Positions 62,999 to 64,000 of a stretch of 64,000 nt of DNA are shown piece by piece. Every line of letters starts with the position of its first letter. Position 1 is the first letter of the stretch. The stretch is from an uncultured Rikenella sp. (GTDB lineage: Bacteria > Bacteroidota > Bacteroidia > Bacteroidales > VadinHA17). The position numbers and the translations under genes were made by a program. The notes beneath the pieces were generated by a model, which saw only the letters and a list, made by a program, of their open reading frames with translations, was not told the DNA's origin and made no database searches. The stretch lies in assembly GCA_964411345.1 (NCBI GenBank), contig CAYPKP010000001.1, forward strand, positions 6,452 through 70,451, read 5' to 3'.

Positions 62999-64000
62999 AT
63001 GATAAAATTCTTGAATCTTCTTATAATAATTGGTATTTCATACATCAATCTGAATGCCCGGGAGCGCATCTCAAGCTACAGGCCCTCGGCTGATCCTGAC
63101 AGAATTATACTGAATATCAGCGGAGAGGCAGCCACCTCCATGTCCGTCACATGGCGGACTGATACCACTGTTCATGAATCATTTGCGCAGTTGGCTCCGA
63201 ATCTGCCCACAGTGCGACTGGCAGACAGTGCGGTGACGGTTACCGGCACTTATACGGATGTTCCGGGAAGCGGCTTTGTGTCGAGATACCACTCGGTCAC
63301 TTTCACCGGTCTCACCCCGGACAGGAATTATGCATACCGGGTAGGGTCCGGCGCCAATGCAAGCGAGTGGTTTACGTTTAAAACTGCCTCTGCTGCACCG
63401 GAGCGTCTGACATTTCTCTATCTGGGAGATTCGCAGGGAAGCAGCGCCGTGTATGCCAGGGTTGTGCGACAGGCATACCGGTCAGCACCCGATGCTTCGC
63501 TCATGATATTTTCCGGAGATCTTGTGGACGGCGGTTCCGGCGGCATTTCACATGACGAGGAGTGGGGTGCCTGGCACGAAGCCGGCGGTTTCATCCATGC
63601 CGAGGTGCCCGTTCTGGCTACACCAGGCAATCATGAGCATTATGATCCTTTGGTGAGAGGCAAGCGCGACCTCAACAGCTATTGGAGGCCGGGCTTTACA
63701 CTTCCTGATAACGGACCGGCAGGACTTGAAGAGACGGCATACTATGTTGATTACCAGGGGGTAAGATTTATCTTTCTTAACTCCGATGAGATGATGAGGA
63801 ACGAGTCTCACGCAGAGAGCCAGACCCTCTGGCTGGAGGAGGTGCTGAAAGAGAATCCATGCGAATGGACTGTCATGACTTTTCACCATCCGCTATACTC
63901 CACTTCGGCCAGAAGGGACAACAAAGCTGTCAGGGAGCACCTGAAGCCGCTCATCGACAGATATAATGTTGACCTGGTGCTGACAGGCCATGATCACACC
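62999..64000 (+). CDS. Purple-acid-phosphatase-like metallophosphoesterase, 3'-partial
   Basis: Not in the ORF track because it runs off the window. My translation from the ATG at 62999 reads MIKFLNLLIIIGISYINLNA... with an N-terminal FN3-like PAP domain (SMSVTWRTD) and motifs YLGDSQG, SGDLVDGG, TPGNHEH, TFHHPLYS, LTGHDH. It is in frame to nt 64000. Confidence 0.8.
   Translation, partial: MIKFLNLLIIIGISYINLNARERISSYRPSADPDRIILNISGEAATSMSVTWRTDTTVHESFAQLAPNLPTVRLADSAVTVTGTYTDVPGSGFVSRYHSVTFTGLTPDRNYAYRVGSGANASEWFTFKTASAAPERLTFLYLGDSQGSSAVYARVVRQAYRSAPDASLMIFSGDLVDGGSGGISHDEEWGAWHEAGGFIHAEVPVLATPGNHEHYDPLVRGKRDLNSYWRPGFTLPDNGPAGLEETAYYVDYQGVRFIFLNSDEMMRNESHAESQTLWLEEVLKENPCEWTVMTFHHPLYSTSARRDNKAVREHLKPLIDRYNVDLVLTGHDHT

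Overview
This is a 64-kb chromosomal segment from an anaerobic member of the Bacteroidota. Evidence for that: a SusC/SusD pair, many lipoprotein-type signal peptides, TAnnTTTG-type -7 promoter boxes, DUF4293/DUF5916 families, and zapA-rny-wecB and pyrBI housekeeping blocks. I annotate 59 protein genes, densely packed, often with overlapping or near-abutting start and stop codons, plus one tRNA-Arg(ACG). I saw no rRNA, CRISPR array, transposase, integrase or obvious defence system. The ORF track uses ATG/GTG/TTG and the longest ORF, so I trimmed several N-termini to the ATG that yields a proper signal peptide or conserved N-terminus. Long ORFs antisense to real genes are treated as shadows. Layout: 0-13.4 kb holds a glycosyltransferase, methyltransferase, thioredoxin-fold protein, MFS-pepD pair, PhoD-like lipoprotein and a three-gene biotin-dependent acyl-CoA carboxylase. 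13.5-24.6 kb is a HexNAc/N-glycan salvage neighbourhood (SGNH esterase, NahK-like kinase, sugar MFS, HAD phosphatase, PNGase F-like protein, SusC/SusD). 24.7-27.5 kb holds ChaN, a secreted ankyrin protein and tRNA-Arg with a duplicated 3' end. 42-64 kb is housekeeping (AsmA, rplS, C69 dipeptidase, cutC, M23 peptidase, zapA, rny, wecB, pyrBI, YigZ, TauE, DUF1343, purple-acid-phosphatase-like). The standout is 27.6-42.2 kb, an Fe-S/flavin redox island. It contains a DsrE-like/TusA/MvhD-like/short HdrA/long HdrA/small winged-helix/QmoC-like operon that seems to run on into DUF134, a family-4 uracil-DNA glycosylase and an MBL hydrolase. It also contains a separate DUF89/radical-SAM/HdrC-like/HdrB-like operon, a DUF5320 gene, two Crp/Fnr regulators (one with the exact FNR Cys spacing), a perfect TGTGA-N6-TCACA box, a perfect TTGAT-N4-ATCAA box, and a 14-bp GAAC-N4-GTTC palindrome shared by two promoters. 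No APS reductase, sat, dsr, hydrogenase or formate dehydrogenase partner is present in the window. I regard this as a candidate uncharacterised quinone-linked sulfur/disulfide oxidoreductase system. Other oddities: a dispersed GACTGNN heptamer array family abutting stop codons, a perfect 69-bp direct repeat around a tRNA-like remnant, a tRNA with an A19:U56 compensated tertiary pair, and a GC-rich hairpin cluster in the zapA-rny spacer. All calls rest on motif recognition by eye. No BLAST, HMM or folding program was run.
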